Source: Pseudomonadota bacterium (lineage in GTDB: Bacteria > Pseudomonadota > Alphaproteobacteria > UBA8366). Taken from it: a stretch of DNA of 64,000 bases. Shown piece by piece: positions 1-11,442 of this stretch. The DNA is taken from contig JAYZAS010000006.1 in assembly GCA_036339585.1 (NCBI GenBank), forward strand, positions 66,972 through 130,971, read 5' to 3'. Position numbers and translations under genes: made by a program. The notes beneath the pieces were generated by a model. The model ran no database searches. It was not told the origin of the DNA and saw only the letters and a list, made by a program, of their open reading frames with translations. The first letter of the stretch is position 1. Each line of letters opens with the position of its first letter.

Positions 1-490
1 ACATTATTATTCCCTACTGCTGTGATTTTTTCAGCAACATTTTCCATATCCCATGGTGCTAAAAACTGTCCCTTTTTTACGTTAATGCATTTCCCAGTGT
101 GCCCGGCAGCCTCTAAAAGATCCGTCTGCCGACAAAGGAATGCTGGTATTTGAAGGATATCAACAGCCTCTGCAACTACTGAGCACTGCCCCACATCATG
201 AATATCGGTTAATACAGGGCATCCCAAGCTCTCACGAATTTCCGCAAAAATTGGCAAGGCCTCTTCAAGTCCAACACCACGAGGACTTTTTGTTGAAGTC
301 CTATTAGCCTTATCAAAAGAAGTTTTGTAAATAAAATCCAAACCCAGACTATCAGTCACTTTTTTTATGGAGGAGCTCATTTCAAGGGCATGCGCTCGAC
401 TTTCCATTACACATGGTCCGGCTATAATTGTGATCGGAAGATCATTTCCAATCCTGCAATTTCCTACGTGAACGTGGCGAGGCCTTTCCA

Positions 491-491
<1 letters not shown>
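1..491 (-). CDS. kdsA: 2-dehydro-3-deoxyphosphooctonate aldolase (KDO-8-phosphate synthase), N-terminal part; the gene runs off the window start
   Basis: Absent from the ORF track because it has no stop in the window. My minus-strand translation from ATG 491 reads MERPRHVHVGNCRIGNDLPITIIAGPCVMESRAHALEM...FIYKTSFDKANRTSTKSPRGVGLEE...LQIPAFLCRQTDLLEAAGHTGKCINVKKGQFLAPWDM. FDKANRxS, PAFLxRQTDL and INVKKxQF are KdsA hallmarks. The ATG shares one base with the pyrG stop (TAATG). Confidence 0.9.
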
Positions 492-2134
<1,643 letters not shown>

Positions 2135-2191
2135 CTAACCAATTTGATTAGCTCCCTAATCAGCAGCAAAATATGATCGTTTTGCCATTTG

Positions 2192-2518
2192 TTATTTTGA
2201 TAAAGGCACTGTAGGGGGCTTTTTGGTATTTGGTGTCAACGGAGCACTGCGCTCATTGCCCGCATTGGGCTTATCTAAGTTTATATTACTTTTGTTGTGA
2301 CTTCCGGCAAGGATAGCTAAAGTCAGGCTTGTCGCTATGAAAGAACCTGCCATGATAGCGGTCGCACGAGTAAGAAAATTTGCAGATCCGCGCACGCTAA
2401 CGAGTGCGCCTCCGCTTCCCCCGATTCCTAGTGCTCCGCCCTCGCTTTTTTGCATCAAAACGGTCACAACCAAACCTATAGCCAAAAGTAAGTGAATAAC
2501 TAAAATAATTTGTTCCAT
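2192..2518 (-). CDS. secG: preprotein translocase subunit SecG
   Basis: Two TM segments flank a Gly-rich loop (LMQKSEGGALGIGGSGG). I moved the start to the internal ATG at 2518 (MEQIILVIHLL), which has GGAG 7-8 nt upstream. The track ORF extends to 2551. Confidence 0.85.
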   Translation of the reverse strand: MEQIILVIHLLLAIGLVVTVLMQKSEGGALGIGGSGGALVSVRGSANFLTRATAIMAGSFIATSLTLAILAGSHNKSNINLDKPNAGNERSAPLTPNTKKPPTVPLSK

Positions 2519-2618
2519 TTCCGCTCCATGGAAGCCGTGTAAAGGATACATAGCCCCGCATAAACAATCAAAAAACAGGGCTTAGATGTGAATGTTTAGC
2601 CAACATTAGGCGCGCTGG

Positions 2619-3374
2619 CTAGGGGCAAGATTCAGCAATAGCTATGAATTCCATTGATGTCAGGCTAGCACCACCAATTAGACCACCATCAACATCAGCG
2701 AGAACCATTAACGATTTGGCGTTATTTGCCTTAAGAGACCCTCCGTAGATTATGCGAATACCCTGGGCCGACTTTTCATCAATTAACTGCTTTAAAACCC
2801 CACGTATAGCATTATGCATTTCTGCAACTTCATTTATTGTAGGTGTTTTGCCGCTACCGATTGCCCAAATAGGTTCGTAGGCAATAACGGTATTTTGATC
2901 ATCAGCCCCGTCTGGCACTGAAGTATGTATTTGTGCTTCTACTGACTTAAGTGCCATGCCCGAGTTGCGTTCATCATTAGTTTCACCAACACAAATAATC
3001 GATGTAATCCCTGCAGCCCATGCAGATCGTGCCTTAGCAGCAACAATTTGATTCGTTTCACAATGATCGGCTCTCCGTTCAGAGTGACCCACGATTGTAT
3101 ATGCACAGCCAACATCACGCAGCATAGAGGGACTGATATCTCCCGTATGGGCGCCCTGGTCATTTATATGGCAATCCTGTGCTCCAAGATGAACAGAGCT
3201 AGAACTTATAGCCTTACCTACCCTCTCTAAGTAGATTGAAGGCGGACATAAAAGAATATCGAGGTCTAAGTTATCGGCTTTAGCAGCCACTTCAATAGAG
3301 AGTTTTTCGGCGGTAGAGCTGGTGAGGTTCATCTTCCAATTACCAGCTATCAGGGGTCGGCGTTTTGGTGTCAT
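2619..3374 (-). CDS. tpiA: triosephosphate isomerase
   Basis: 251 aa with IAGNWKMN, GHSERR, AYEPIWAIGSG and GGASL motifs. Confidence 0.95.
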   Translation of the reverse strand: MTPKRRPLIAGNWKMNLTSSTAEKLSIEVAAKADNLDLDILLCPPSIYLERVGKAISSSSVHLGAQDCHINDQGAHTGDISPSMLRDVGCAYTIVGHSERRADHCETNQIVAAKARSAWAAGITSIICVGETNDERNSGMALKSVEAQIHTSVPDGADDQNTVIAYEPIWAIGSGKTPTINEVAEMHNAIRGVLKQLIDEKSAQGIRIIYGGSLKANNAKSLMVLADVDGGLIGGASLTSMEFIAIAESCP

Positions 3375-3547
3375 ATTTCAAAGCTTCTCTTTGTAAGATT
3401 TTGGTGAAAAACCACGATAAAGCTATATTAACCGATATGGGCTTGTTGTTGAACCGAATACGCTTGTTGTGATAACCGTCGCAGGCTATCAATCCCGAAT
3501 TGGTCAACTACGGTATTTTGATCAACTGTTTTTGAAGGATAAATAAT

Positions 3548-5437
3548 ATGTTGCAGAACATTCGAGATGGCATCGCCAAGATTCTTGTCTATCTGCTTTT
3601 CGGCATTCTTATTTTAAGTTTTGCACTGTGGGGTACTACCGATTTTTTTGGCCAAGGCGCAGTGCAGACTGTCATAGCTGAGGTCGGTGACAGTAAAATT
3701 ACCGCTAAAGCTATAGAAAGGCAGTACCGTCGACAGATCGATACACTCCGCAAACGCGGAATAAATGAGGAGCAAGCGCGAAAATTTGGCGTTCTTGACA
3801 GTGTAGTTGAACGTGTTGTTGATGCCAGCGTTTACGACTTAGCTGCCGAAAACCTCGGCTTAACCGTTGCAACAAGTGCCATCGAGCGCGATATACGAGA
3901 TCGATTCGGCCAAATTGGTTCCGTCCAATTCGATCAATTATTGCGCGACAATGGCTATACCCTGCAGGAATATGAGGCCGCCCGGCGCGCGGAAATACCT
4001 CGTATGCAGATGATCGAAAGCCTTTCTGCTGGAGCTGCGGGCCCAAAGAAGTTGTTGAATTACCTTTATAGATGGCAGGCAGAAGAAAGAACTGCCGCAG
4101 TTTTTAAGGTTTCAGTGAACAAAAGGGATGTGCCAAGGCCTAAAGAAGCAGAGCTAATTAAGTTTCACAGTGAAAATCCACAGCTGTTCACGTCGCCCGA
4201 ATACCGAAACCTGGTATTCGTTCACATCGATCCGGCAAAATTGGAACGATTAACTAAGGTGGATGAGGCCGTTCTCAGACAAATATATCAGGATAGGATA
4301 TCTGATTTTACGCAAGCTGAAAAAAGAAAAGTCTCGCAAATATTGTTTGAAACGAAGAAAGAAGCGGATATAGCCCGTGCCAAAATAGAAAAAGGTTTGG
4401 ATTTTGAGTCTGTTGCGGATTTAGTTGCTGGGCAGGACAAAAAGACAACACAGCTCGGCTCTGTGTCACGAGAAGACCTACCTAACACCCTGGCAAAAGA
4501 AATTTTCCGTTTAGGTAAAGGTAAAGTTTCCAATCCTGTAAAGGACGAATTCGGGTATCGTATTTTAAAAATCGATGATATTTTCCCAGAGCGAGTGAAG
4601 CTTTTTTCAGAAGTTAAGGCAGAATTAGGTCAAGAAATTCGCCAAGAACAAGCACTTGAAGATGTGATCCGAATATCAAATTCTCTCGAAGATTCGCTTG
4701 GTAGGGGACTCACTATTGAAGAAGCATCCGCCGAACAAGGTATAGAATCTCGACGAATAATAAACATTGACCAAGATGGGCGAGACGAAAATGGAAAAAT
4801 GGTGGCCAATATTCCTGGTGAGCCCTTTTTAAAGACGCTATTTGATGCTGTGGAAGGGCAAGACACATTTATGACGGAAACTGCAGCAGGTGGATTCTTC
4901 GTTCTTCGAGTAAATAACATAAAAAAATCATCGGTTGTTCCGTTGCAGCGTGCGAAGGGACGAGTGCGTATTGCGTGGAGTGAGGCAAAAAAAATGAACC
5001 TCTCAAGAGTGAAAGCAGAAAATTTAGCTAACAAAATTAATGACGGTGCCACTATTTCTCGCGTAGCATCGTCGATAAAAGCAAAAGTTTTTAATATCGG
5101 CCCGACAAACCGCTTCGATACGGTTGAAGGAATACCACGCGAGTTAATTGCAAAAATTTTCAACCTAAAAGCTAAAGGCAAGGCTAGTTTTAGTAGAGGA
5201 AACGGCGAGTATTTTGTTGCATCACTTTCTCGAGTTACATCAGCAGATGGGCGCGTTGACAAAAAAAGAATCAACGCTCTCAAAAATGAAGTCAAAATAT
5301 CGATGGTGTCGGATATACTTTCACAGCTTCAATCAGCAATTAGAGAATCACACGAAGTATCTATTAATAAGGCGGCTTTGAAGCAATTGTTTGAGAGCAA
5401 TGAAGATGACAGCGGAGCATTGGGTGACACCCCCTAA
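3548..5437 (+). CDS. periplasmic chaperone / peptidyl-prolyl isomerase, PpiD-like (SurA N-terminal domain plus parvulin domain)
   Basis: 629 aa. N-terminal membrane anchor ILVYLLFGILILSFALWG, and a parvulin-like segment KVSQILF...FGYRILKI. It sits upstream of trpE, as in many alphaproteobacteria. Confidence 0.75.
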   Translation: MLQNIRDGIAKILVYLLFGILILSFALWGTTDFFGQGAVQTVIAEVGDSKITAKAIERQYRRQIDTLRKRGINEEQARKFGVLDSVVERVVDASVYDLAAENLGLTVATSAIERDIRDRFGQIGSVQFDQLLRDNGYTLQEYEAARRAEIPRMQMIESLSAGAAGPKKLLNYLYRWQAEERTAAVFKVSVNKRDVPRPKEAELIKFHSENPQLFTSPEYRNLVFVHIDPAKLERLTKVDEAVLRQIYQDRISDFTQAEKRKVSQILFETKKEADIARAKIEKGLDFESVADLVAGQDKKTTQLGSVSREDLPNTLAKEIFRLGKGKVSNPVKDEFGYRILKIDDIFPERVKLFSEVKAELGQEIRQEQALEDVIRISNSLEDSLGRGLTIEEASAEQGIESRRIINIDQDGRDENGKMVANIPGEPFLKTLFDAVEGQDTFMTETAAGGFFVLRVNNIKKSSVVPLQRAKGRVRIAWSEAKKMNLSRVKAENLANKINDGATISRVASSIKAKVFNIGPTNRFDTVEGIPRELIAKIFNLKAKGKASFSRGNGEYFVASLSRVTSADGRVDKKRINALKNEVKISMVSDILSQLQSAIRESHEVSINKAALKQLFESNEDDSGALGDTP

Positions 5438-6926
5438 CTCGTCAACAATTATCGAGGCGTATGAGGCTGCCACTCCACAAGTCTATTGGGAGGGTCGAGT
5501 AGCCGATGTTGAAACACCAATTTCAGCAATGCTCAAATTGGCGGCCGATGAGCCTTACAGTTTTCTTTTGGAATCCGTCGAAGGCGGAAAAATACGTGGT
5601 CGTTACTCGTTTATTGGCCTTAACCCCGATTTGATCTGGCGCTGCTTTGACGCGAAAGCTGAAGTTTGCAGATCTCCACAGCGTGACAAACCTATGATTT
5701 TTGAACCATGCGCTGAAGATAGCCTAACCTCATTGCGTTCTCACCTCGAGGAGTCTGAAATCAAGATGCCTTCGGGGATGCCTCCTATGGCAGCAGGACT
5801 TGTTGGTTACATGAGTTATGACATGGTGCGATTAATGGAGCACTTACCGGACAACAATAGTGACCCGTTGGGCCTACCATCAGGTATATTTGTAAGACCT
5901 ACCGTAATTGCAGTTTTTGATAATATAGGTGACACAATCACAGTTGTTACTCCGATTCGTCCCACAGCCAATCTATCAGGCAAAGATGCTCTTGAAGAAG
6001 CAAAGGCTCGTGTTGCACTTGTTTGGCAAAATTTAGATGCCCCATCTCACCCGCCCCGTATCCCTTCCAAAAATCAAGAGGCATGTGAATTCACAGCCAA
6101 TATGTCCAAAAACGATTTCTGTAAGATGGTAAAACGAGCGCAGGAATACATACGCGCTGGTGATGCATTTCAAGTGGTCGTAAGTCAGCGTTTTAAGTCG
6201 TCATTTGACCTTCCTCCGCTTGAATTATATCGTGCCTTGCGTCGCCTCAACCCGTCCCCATATCTGTTTTTGCTCAACTTTGTAAATTTTTCTGTTGTTG
6301 GCTCCAGCCCGGAAATACTTGTAAGATTGCGAGATGACACGGTAACAATACGACCCATCGCAGGAACTCGACCTCGCGGAAAATCTCCAGCCGAAGACAA
6401 AGCGTTAAAAGATGACCTGTTAGGCGATCCGAAAGAATTGGCAGAACATCTGATGTTGCTCGATTTGGGACGGAACGATGTTGGCCGTGTGTCAAAAACC
6501 GGAAGCGTAAGTGTGACTGAAAAATTCACCGTAGAATATTATAGTCATGTCATGCATATCGTTTCAAATGTAATAGGTATTATCAAAAAAGAGTATGATG
6601 CGCTATCAGCATTAGTAGCCGGTTTCCCAGCAGGCACTGTTTCTGGAGCGCCAAAAATAAGGGCAATGGAAATTATTGATGAATTAGAAACCGAAAAACG
6701 CGGCATTTATGCTGGCTGCATAGGATATTTTGGGGCTGATGGCGATATGGACACTTGTATTGCATTGCGAACGGCTGTTGTCAAAGATGGGACGGTTTAC
6801 GTGCAGGCTGGTGGTGGGGTAGTGGCCGATAGCGACCCAGAATTGGAGTATGAGGAAAGCCGCAATAAGGCGCAGGCGATTATAAGAGCCGTCCAAGCTG
6901 CCAAAAATATAAACCATTCGGTTTAG
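5400..6926 (+). CDS. trpE: anthranilate synthase component I
   Basis: LLESVEGG, chorismate-binding core (SPYLFLL, IAGTRPRG, LLGDPKELAEHLMLLDLGRND, GAPKIRAMEIIDELE, RGIYAGCIGYF). The track start at 5391 is TTG. ATG 5400 or 5406 is more likely, so the exact start is uncertain. Confidence 0.93.
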   Translation: MKMTAEHWVTPPNSSTIIEAYEAATPQVYWEGRVADVETPISAMLKLAADEPYSFLLESVEGGKIRGRYSFIGLNPDLIWRCFDAKAEVCRSPQRDKPMIFEPCAEDSLTSLRSHLEESEIKMPSGMPPMAAGLVGYMSYDMVRLMEHLPDNNSDPLGLPSGIFVRPTVIAVFDNIGDTITVVTPIRPTANLSGKDALEEAKARVALVWQNLDAPSHPPRIPSKNQEACEFTANMSKNDFCKMVKRAQEYIRAGDAFQVVVSQRFKSSFDLPPLELYRALRRLNPSPYLFLLNFVNFSVVGSSPEILVRLRDDTVTIRPIAGTRPRGKSPAEDKALKDDLLGDPKELAEHLMLLDLGRNDVGRVSKTGSVSVTEKFTVEYYSHVMHIVSNVIGIIKKEYDALSALVAGFPAGTVSGAPKIRAMEIIDELETEKRGIYAGCIGYFGADGDMDTCIALRTAVVKDGTVYVQAGGGVVADSDPELEYEESRNKAQAIIRAVQAAKNINHSV

Positions 6927-8102
6927 CTAAAACTTCTTGCGAGTGGTTTTGGTAAGCTGTCGACCAACAGTAGCTGCAACTGAGATAAAAACGAAACCAC
7001 GCTCTTTGGCAGCCGGTATCCAAGCTCGCAATGCCGCAATGGTCGTATCATAAGGATGTCCAATCCCAACAGCAGTACCATTTTTTTTTGCTAAAACCTC
7101 AAGCTGCGAAAGCTGTTTTTGAATTGCTTTTTTTTCAACTTTGTTATCCAAAAAAATATCGCGAACAGCGTGGGGAACTCCCATTTTCATAGCAAGAAAT
7201 TGTCCACGTGTTTTTGTGGTTGTCCTGGAATCTAAGAACAATAAACCTCGCCTTTTTAATGCCCGCATAACGATTCTCATGCCAGGGTACCATGCTGTAA
7301 ACTTGCTTCCCATATGGTTATTTATCCCTACAAAACCATTAAATTGACTAAGATTCCAAGAAACTCGGTTTCGTAACTGCGCTGAGCTTAAGCTTGTAAG
7401 AAGGGCATTTTTACCCGGGTTTTTGCCTGCATCAATGGGCTCCATGGGCAGATGAACGAGTAGTTCATGCCCACGACGACGCGCTGCAGCAGCATGTCGA
7501 TGAAGATTTTTCCCGTATGGAATTAAGGCGAGTGTTAAGGGCGGAGGCAACCCTATGGCTTGCTTAGTAAGGAGTTGATTTACCCCGAGATCATCTAGGA
7601 CGATCGCTATAGCGGGTTTATTGGCTATATTATTTGCTAATCGCGCTGAATGGATCCGCCATGCCAATCTTGTTTTTTTTGAATTCAGGTATAGCTCATT
7701 TGTCTTGGCATGCGGGACCCTATCAAGGGTCGGTATCTTCGACCTGTTTGGCGACGAAATATTTTGTTCTGCATGAGATTTTGTTTTGGTGAAAACTTTA
7801 TGCAGAGATTTTACCTTCTCCCCACCACTATTATCGATAACCGTTACTGGAACGCTGTAATTCTCTAATTTGTTTTGCTTACTTGAGATTTTGGTTTCCG
7901 TTTGCGTAGGCTTAAACAAAAAAACACCAAAAAACATGCCCATACAAAAGACAATGAAAACCCAGAGTATCTCGCGGAATAACCCTGACCCAATCTTAAA
8001 ATCGGCCTTATTATTAAAAATGCGCTCCAAAAAACGCTTCGATCTCGCTTTTTTTGTGGATCGTTTTTTGATTTTTGATTTGGGTTTGCTACGCCGGGCC
8101 AA
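6927..8102 (-). CDS. divergent polysaccharide deacetylase family protein (YibQ-like), membrane anchored
   Basis: 391 aa. Basic N-terminus, one TM (ILWVFIVFCMGMFFGVFLF), and a C-terminal domain with AIVLDDLG, LLVHLPMEP, NNHMGS and LFLDSRTT, typical of the YibQ/DUF610 family. Confidence 0.75.
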   Translation of the reverse strand: MARRSKPKSKIKKRSTKKARSKRFLERIFNNKADFKIGSGLFREILWVFIVFCMGMFFGVFLFKPTQTETKISSKQNKLENYSVPVTVIDNSGGEKVKSLHKVFTKTKSHAEQNISSPNRSKIPTLDRVPHAKTNELYLNSKKTRLAWRIHSARLANNIANKPAIAIVLDDLGVNQLLTKQAIGLPPPLTLALIPYGKNLHRHAAAARRRGHELLVHLPMEPIDAGKNPGKNALLTSLSSAQLRNRVSWNLSQFNGFVGINNHMGSKFTAWYPGMRIVMRALKRRGLLFLDSRTTTKTRGQFLAMKMGVPHAVRDIFLDNKVEKKAIQKQLSQLEVLAKKNGTAVGIGHPYDTTIAALRAWIPAAKERGFVFISVAATVGRQLTKTTRKKF

Positions 8103-8543
8103 TTGTTATCTTTCGGTTATGGAGGATTAGGAAAACATCACTAACAATCCTAGGTAAGTCAAATATATAAGTGCAAATTAATCATATAAACCCGAGGGTT
8201 TTTTCTGAGTATTTATCATATAAAAAAAATGCGAAAACTCTAAGCCAGCGACAATGGACTTTTTTCAAAAAGGTTTGATGCTTTACCAAAATATAGTGGT
8301 AAAACATCAAAGGTTCAGGAACACAATGATGACACGGCTATCTCGTAAGAAAAGCTTTTCACAAGTTTTTTTTAAAAAGCGCAGTCTACATTTATGGACT
8401 TTATGCGGCCACCACCGGATAAATAGTCCGAGGGCTTTTTTGTCCGTTTGGGAATGGCGTTCTCGTTTCAAATGCCCCATATTAGGTCTTTAACAAAAGT
8501 ACACACATGCCTACGATGTCAATGAACACGAGCAAAATCTAAA

Positions 8544-9122
8544 ATGTTTCTTCTAATAGATAACTATGACAGCTTTACGTATAATCTGCTTCATTTTATG
8601 GGAGAATTAGACGCTGAAGTTTTGGTTAAACGCAATGATAGTTTGTCAGTTAAAGATGCTTTAAACTTGGAACCTGAGGGTATCGTGATATCTCCTGGCC
8701 CGTGTGGTCCAGAGAGCGCTGGCATAAGTGTTGAACTCATCAGAAAAGCTGCAGGATACATACCGGTATTAGGGGTTTGCCTAGGCCATCAATCCTTAGG
8801 GCAGGCGTTTGGTGCCAAAATTGTACGCGCACCAGCACCAATGCACGGAAAAGTTAGTGATGTGAACCATACGGGGATAGGAGTTTTTGCTGGCATCCCG
8901 TCCCCCTTCAAATCAACCCGTTATCATTCTTTATTAATCGAACGTGAGACGTTGCCGGATTGCTTAAAGATTACTGCAGAAGCTGATAACGGCCTCATTA
9001 TGGGAATAGAACACAACGAACACCCGCTTATTGGTGTGCAGTTTCATCCGGAAAGCATAGCGACAGAATATGGACATAAATTACTAAAAAATTTCATTGA
9101 TATGACTTCCGATCAAAGGTGA
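8544..9122 (+). CDS. trpG: anthranilate synthase component II (glutamine amidotransferase)
   Basis: 192 aa with [18 protein letters not shown] and QFHPES. It could also serve aminodeoxychorismate synthase (PabA). Confidence 0.9.
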   Translation: MFLLIDNYDSFTYNLLHFMGELDAEVLVKRNDSLSVKDALNLEPEGIVISPGPCGPESAGISVELIRKAAGYIPVLGVCLGHQSLGQAFGAKIVRAPAPMHGKVSDVNHTGIGVFAGIPSPFKSTRYHSLLIERETLPDCLKITAEADNGLIMGIEHNEHPLIGVQFHPESIATEYGHKLLKNFIDMTSDQR

Positions 9123-9132
9123 GAAGCATTTC

Positions 9133-10149
9133 ATGCAAAATCTAAAAGAATATATTACCAAAGTTTTTGAAAACGAGACGTTAAGCAAGGATGAGGCTAG
9201 CAAAGCTTTTGATGTTATGATGTCCGGTGACGCCACGCCGGCTCAAATTTCTGCATTCCTCTCTGCATTACGTTTTAGGGGCGAGACAGTCGAAGAGATT
9301 ATTGGTGCGGCTGAGACAATGAGAAAAAAAATGAAGCACGTGAATGCTCCGATAGACGCGATAGACATAGTTGGCACTGGCGGCGATGCGCACGGTACTT
9401 TCAATATATCAACAGCAACAGCCTTGGTTGTGGCGGGTACAGGTGTTCCAGTAGCTAAACACGGCAATCGCGCGTTCTCGTCCCTCTCTGGGGCAGCAGA
9501 TGTTCTCGCTGCGCTGGGAGTCGATCTCGAAGCTAAGAAAGAACTTGTAGAAAAATCAATTGTTGACGCAAAAATCGGATTTTTAATGGCCCCTATTTAC
9601 CATAGCGCGATGAGACACGTTGGCCCGACCCGCGCTGAGATTGGTGTAAGAACTATTTTTAATATTTTAGGCCCGATGTGTAACCCGGCATCAGTAAAGT
9701 ATTTGTTGGTGGGCACATACGACTTAAAATGGCTAGTTCCAATGGCAGAGACACTCTCGGGTCTTGGCGCTAGAAGGGCCTGGATTGTTCATGGCAATGA
9801 CGGCATGGATGAACTTACAACAACGGGCACAAGTGCAATTGCACAGCTGACAGACGGTAATATTAGCACCTTAGAAGTTAGCCCGCGCGACGCAGGCCTA
9901 CCCTTTACGGATATCGACAAGTTAAAGGGAGGATCTCCCGATGAAAATGCAAAAGCAATAAGAGACCTCCTTGAAGGAGCTAAGGGACCATACAGAGACA
10001 TTGTTCTTTTCAACTCGTCTGCTGCCCTTGTTGTTGCAGAAAAAGCAGCGAATCTTAAAGAAGGTGTAGAGATAGCAGCCGAATCAATTGACTCGAGCAA
10101 GGCAAAGGATGCATTAACGAAACTATTGATGAATACGGGCAAATCATGA
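9133..10149 (+). CDS. trpD: anthranilate phosphoribosyltransferase
   Basis: 338 aa with DIVGTGGD, VAKHGNRA and NILGP motifs. Confidence 0.95.
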   Translation: MQNLKEYITKVFENETLSKDEASKAFDVMMSGDATPAQISAFLSALRFRGETVEEIIGAAETMRKKMKHVNAPIDAIDIVGTGGDAHGTFNISTATALVVAGTGVPVAKHGNRAFSSLSGAADVLAALGVDLEAKKELVEKSIVDAKIGFLMAPIYHSAMRHVGPTRAEIGVRTIFNILGPMCNPASVKYLLVGTYDLKWLVPMAETLSGLGARRAWIVHGNDGMDELTTTGTSAIAQLTDGNISTLEVSPRDAGLPFTDIDKLKGGSPDENAKAIRDLLEGAKGPYRDIVLFNSSAALVVAEKAANLKEGVEIAAESIDSSKAKDALTKLLMNTGKS

Positions 10150-10988
10150 TGCCTGATATTTTACAAGATATCTGTAAAGTTAAGCGCGGTGAAGTTCAAA
10201 ACCGAAAAAAAATAATACCATTGTCAGAAATGATTTCCCGGGCCAAGGATGGATTAGCAGTGCGGGATTTCACCGCAGCACTCAAAGCTCGCCGGAGAGA
10301 GGGGAAATACGGCCTTATTGCGGAAATAAAAAAGGCATCTCCTAGTAAAGGGGTTATACGGTCAAACTTTAACCCTACGGCCATTGCAAAAGCATATGAA
10401 GCAGGCGGAGCCGCGTGTTTATCAGTTCTAACAGACAAACCTTTTTTTCAGGGTGCTGATGAGTTTTTGATTGATGCTCGTAATGCAACACAGTTGCCCG
10501 TTCTTCGGAAAGACTTCATGCTCGATCCTTTTCAAATATACGAATCGAGATCACTGGGGGCGGATTGCATTTTGCTAATTATGGCGGCGCTGAGCGATAA
10601 TGAGGCGATATCGCTTGAGGGATTAGCTCACGATCTAGGCATGGCAGTTTTAGTCGAGGTTCATAATGCCATTGAGCTCGATCGAGCTGCAAGACTGTCC
10701 TCGCCGCTTATTGGGATAAATAATCGTAATCTAAAGACATTGAACGTGGACATAAACACTACAATCGAGCTTTCGAAATCCATAGGGCCCAATAAGCTTT
10801 TAATCAGTGAAAGTGGACTTTTTAGTCCGGATGACTTAGCTCGAATGTCCGATGCTGGTGCAAATTGTTTTTTAATCGGAGAGTCGCTGATGAGCCAAGA
10901 GGATGTAGAGGCAGCGACATTGCGTTTACTGAAAACAAAAAAGCCAATTGGAGACGAGGAAAATTATGCCGAAATTGACGCACATTAA
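10146..10988 (+). CDS. trpC: indole-3-glycerol phosphate synthase
   Basis: 280 aa with [28 protein letters not shown] and ESG motifs. ATGA overlap with the trpD stop. Confidence 0.95.
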   Translation: MMPDILQDICKVKRGEVQNRKKIIPLSEMISRAKDGLAVRDFTAALKARRREGKYGLIAEIKKASPSKGVIRSNFNPTAIAKAYEAGGAACLSVLTDKPFFQGADEFLIDARNATQLPVLRKDFMLDPFQIYESRSLGADCILLIMAALSDNEAISLEGLAHDLGMAVLVEVHNAIELDRAARLSSPLIGINNRNLKTLNVDINTTIELSKSIGPNKLLISESGLFSPDDLARMSDAGANCFLIGESLMSQEDVEAATLRLLKTKKPIGDEENYAEIDAH

Positions 10989-11442
10989 TGATGATGGAAA
11001 GGCATCAATGGTAGATGTGACTGATAAAAAGACGACCCACAGAACGGCTATAGCCCGTGGTTTCATTAATATGGCATCTAACACAATAGAATTAATAGAA
11101 TCTGGCGGTGCAAAGAAAGGAGATGTTATGAGCACTGCACGATTAGCTGGTATTATGGCAGCAAAAAAAACACATGAACTTATCCCACTTTGTCATCCGT
11201 TGGCGCTTACTAGCATCTCGGTTGATTTCAAACTGCACAAAGAAAAGAATTCAATCGAGGTTACCGCAAAGTGTGGCCTAAGAGCCCAGACGGGAGTTGA
11301 AATGGAGGCTTTAACTGCCGTCAGCGTGGCGACCCTGACTATCTACGACATGTGTAAAGCCGTCGACCGAGGCATGCAAATATCGGACATTCGTCTCATT
11401 AGCAAAACTGGTGGGCAATCAGGCAACTTTGAGTTTCAATAA
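10966..11442 (+). CDS. moaC: cyclic pyranopterin monophosphate synthase
   Basis: [25 protein letters not shown] and [10 protein letters not shown] motifs. The track start 10948 is TTG. ATG 10966 has AGGA 5-6 nt upstream and overlaps the trpC 3' end by 23 nt. Confidence 0.93.
   Translation: MPKLTHINDDGKASMVDVTDKKTTHRTAIARGFINMASNTIELIESGGAKKGDVMSTARLAGIMAAKKTHELIPLCHPLALTSISVDFKLHKEKNSIEVTAKCGLRAQTGVEMEALTAVSVATLTIYDMCKAVDRGMQISDIRLISKTGGQSGNFEFQ

Noticed and set aside
2145-2162. 7 bp hairpin TGATTAG-CTCC-CTAATCA between secG and pyrG
   Set aside because: It has an AT-rich short stem and no U-tract on the gene strand. This is insufficient to call a terminator or regulatory element.
4630-5295. 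221 aa minus-strand ORF
   Set aside because: It is antisense to the ppiD-like gene, and the sequence is a low-complexity shadow frame.
8254-8493. 79 aa basic ORF in the gap upstream of trpG
   Set aside because: It has no Shine-Dalgarno and no recognisable family, and its composition is dominated by K/R/F from an AT-rich spacer. I treated the region as non-coding or regulatory (see finding). It is too long to be a classical Trp leader peptide despite its three Trp codons.
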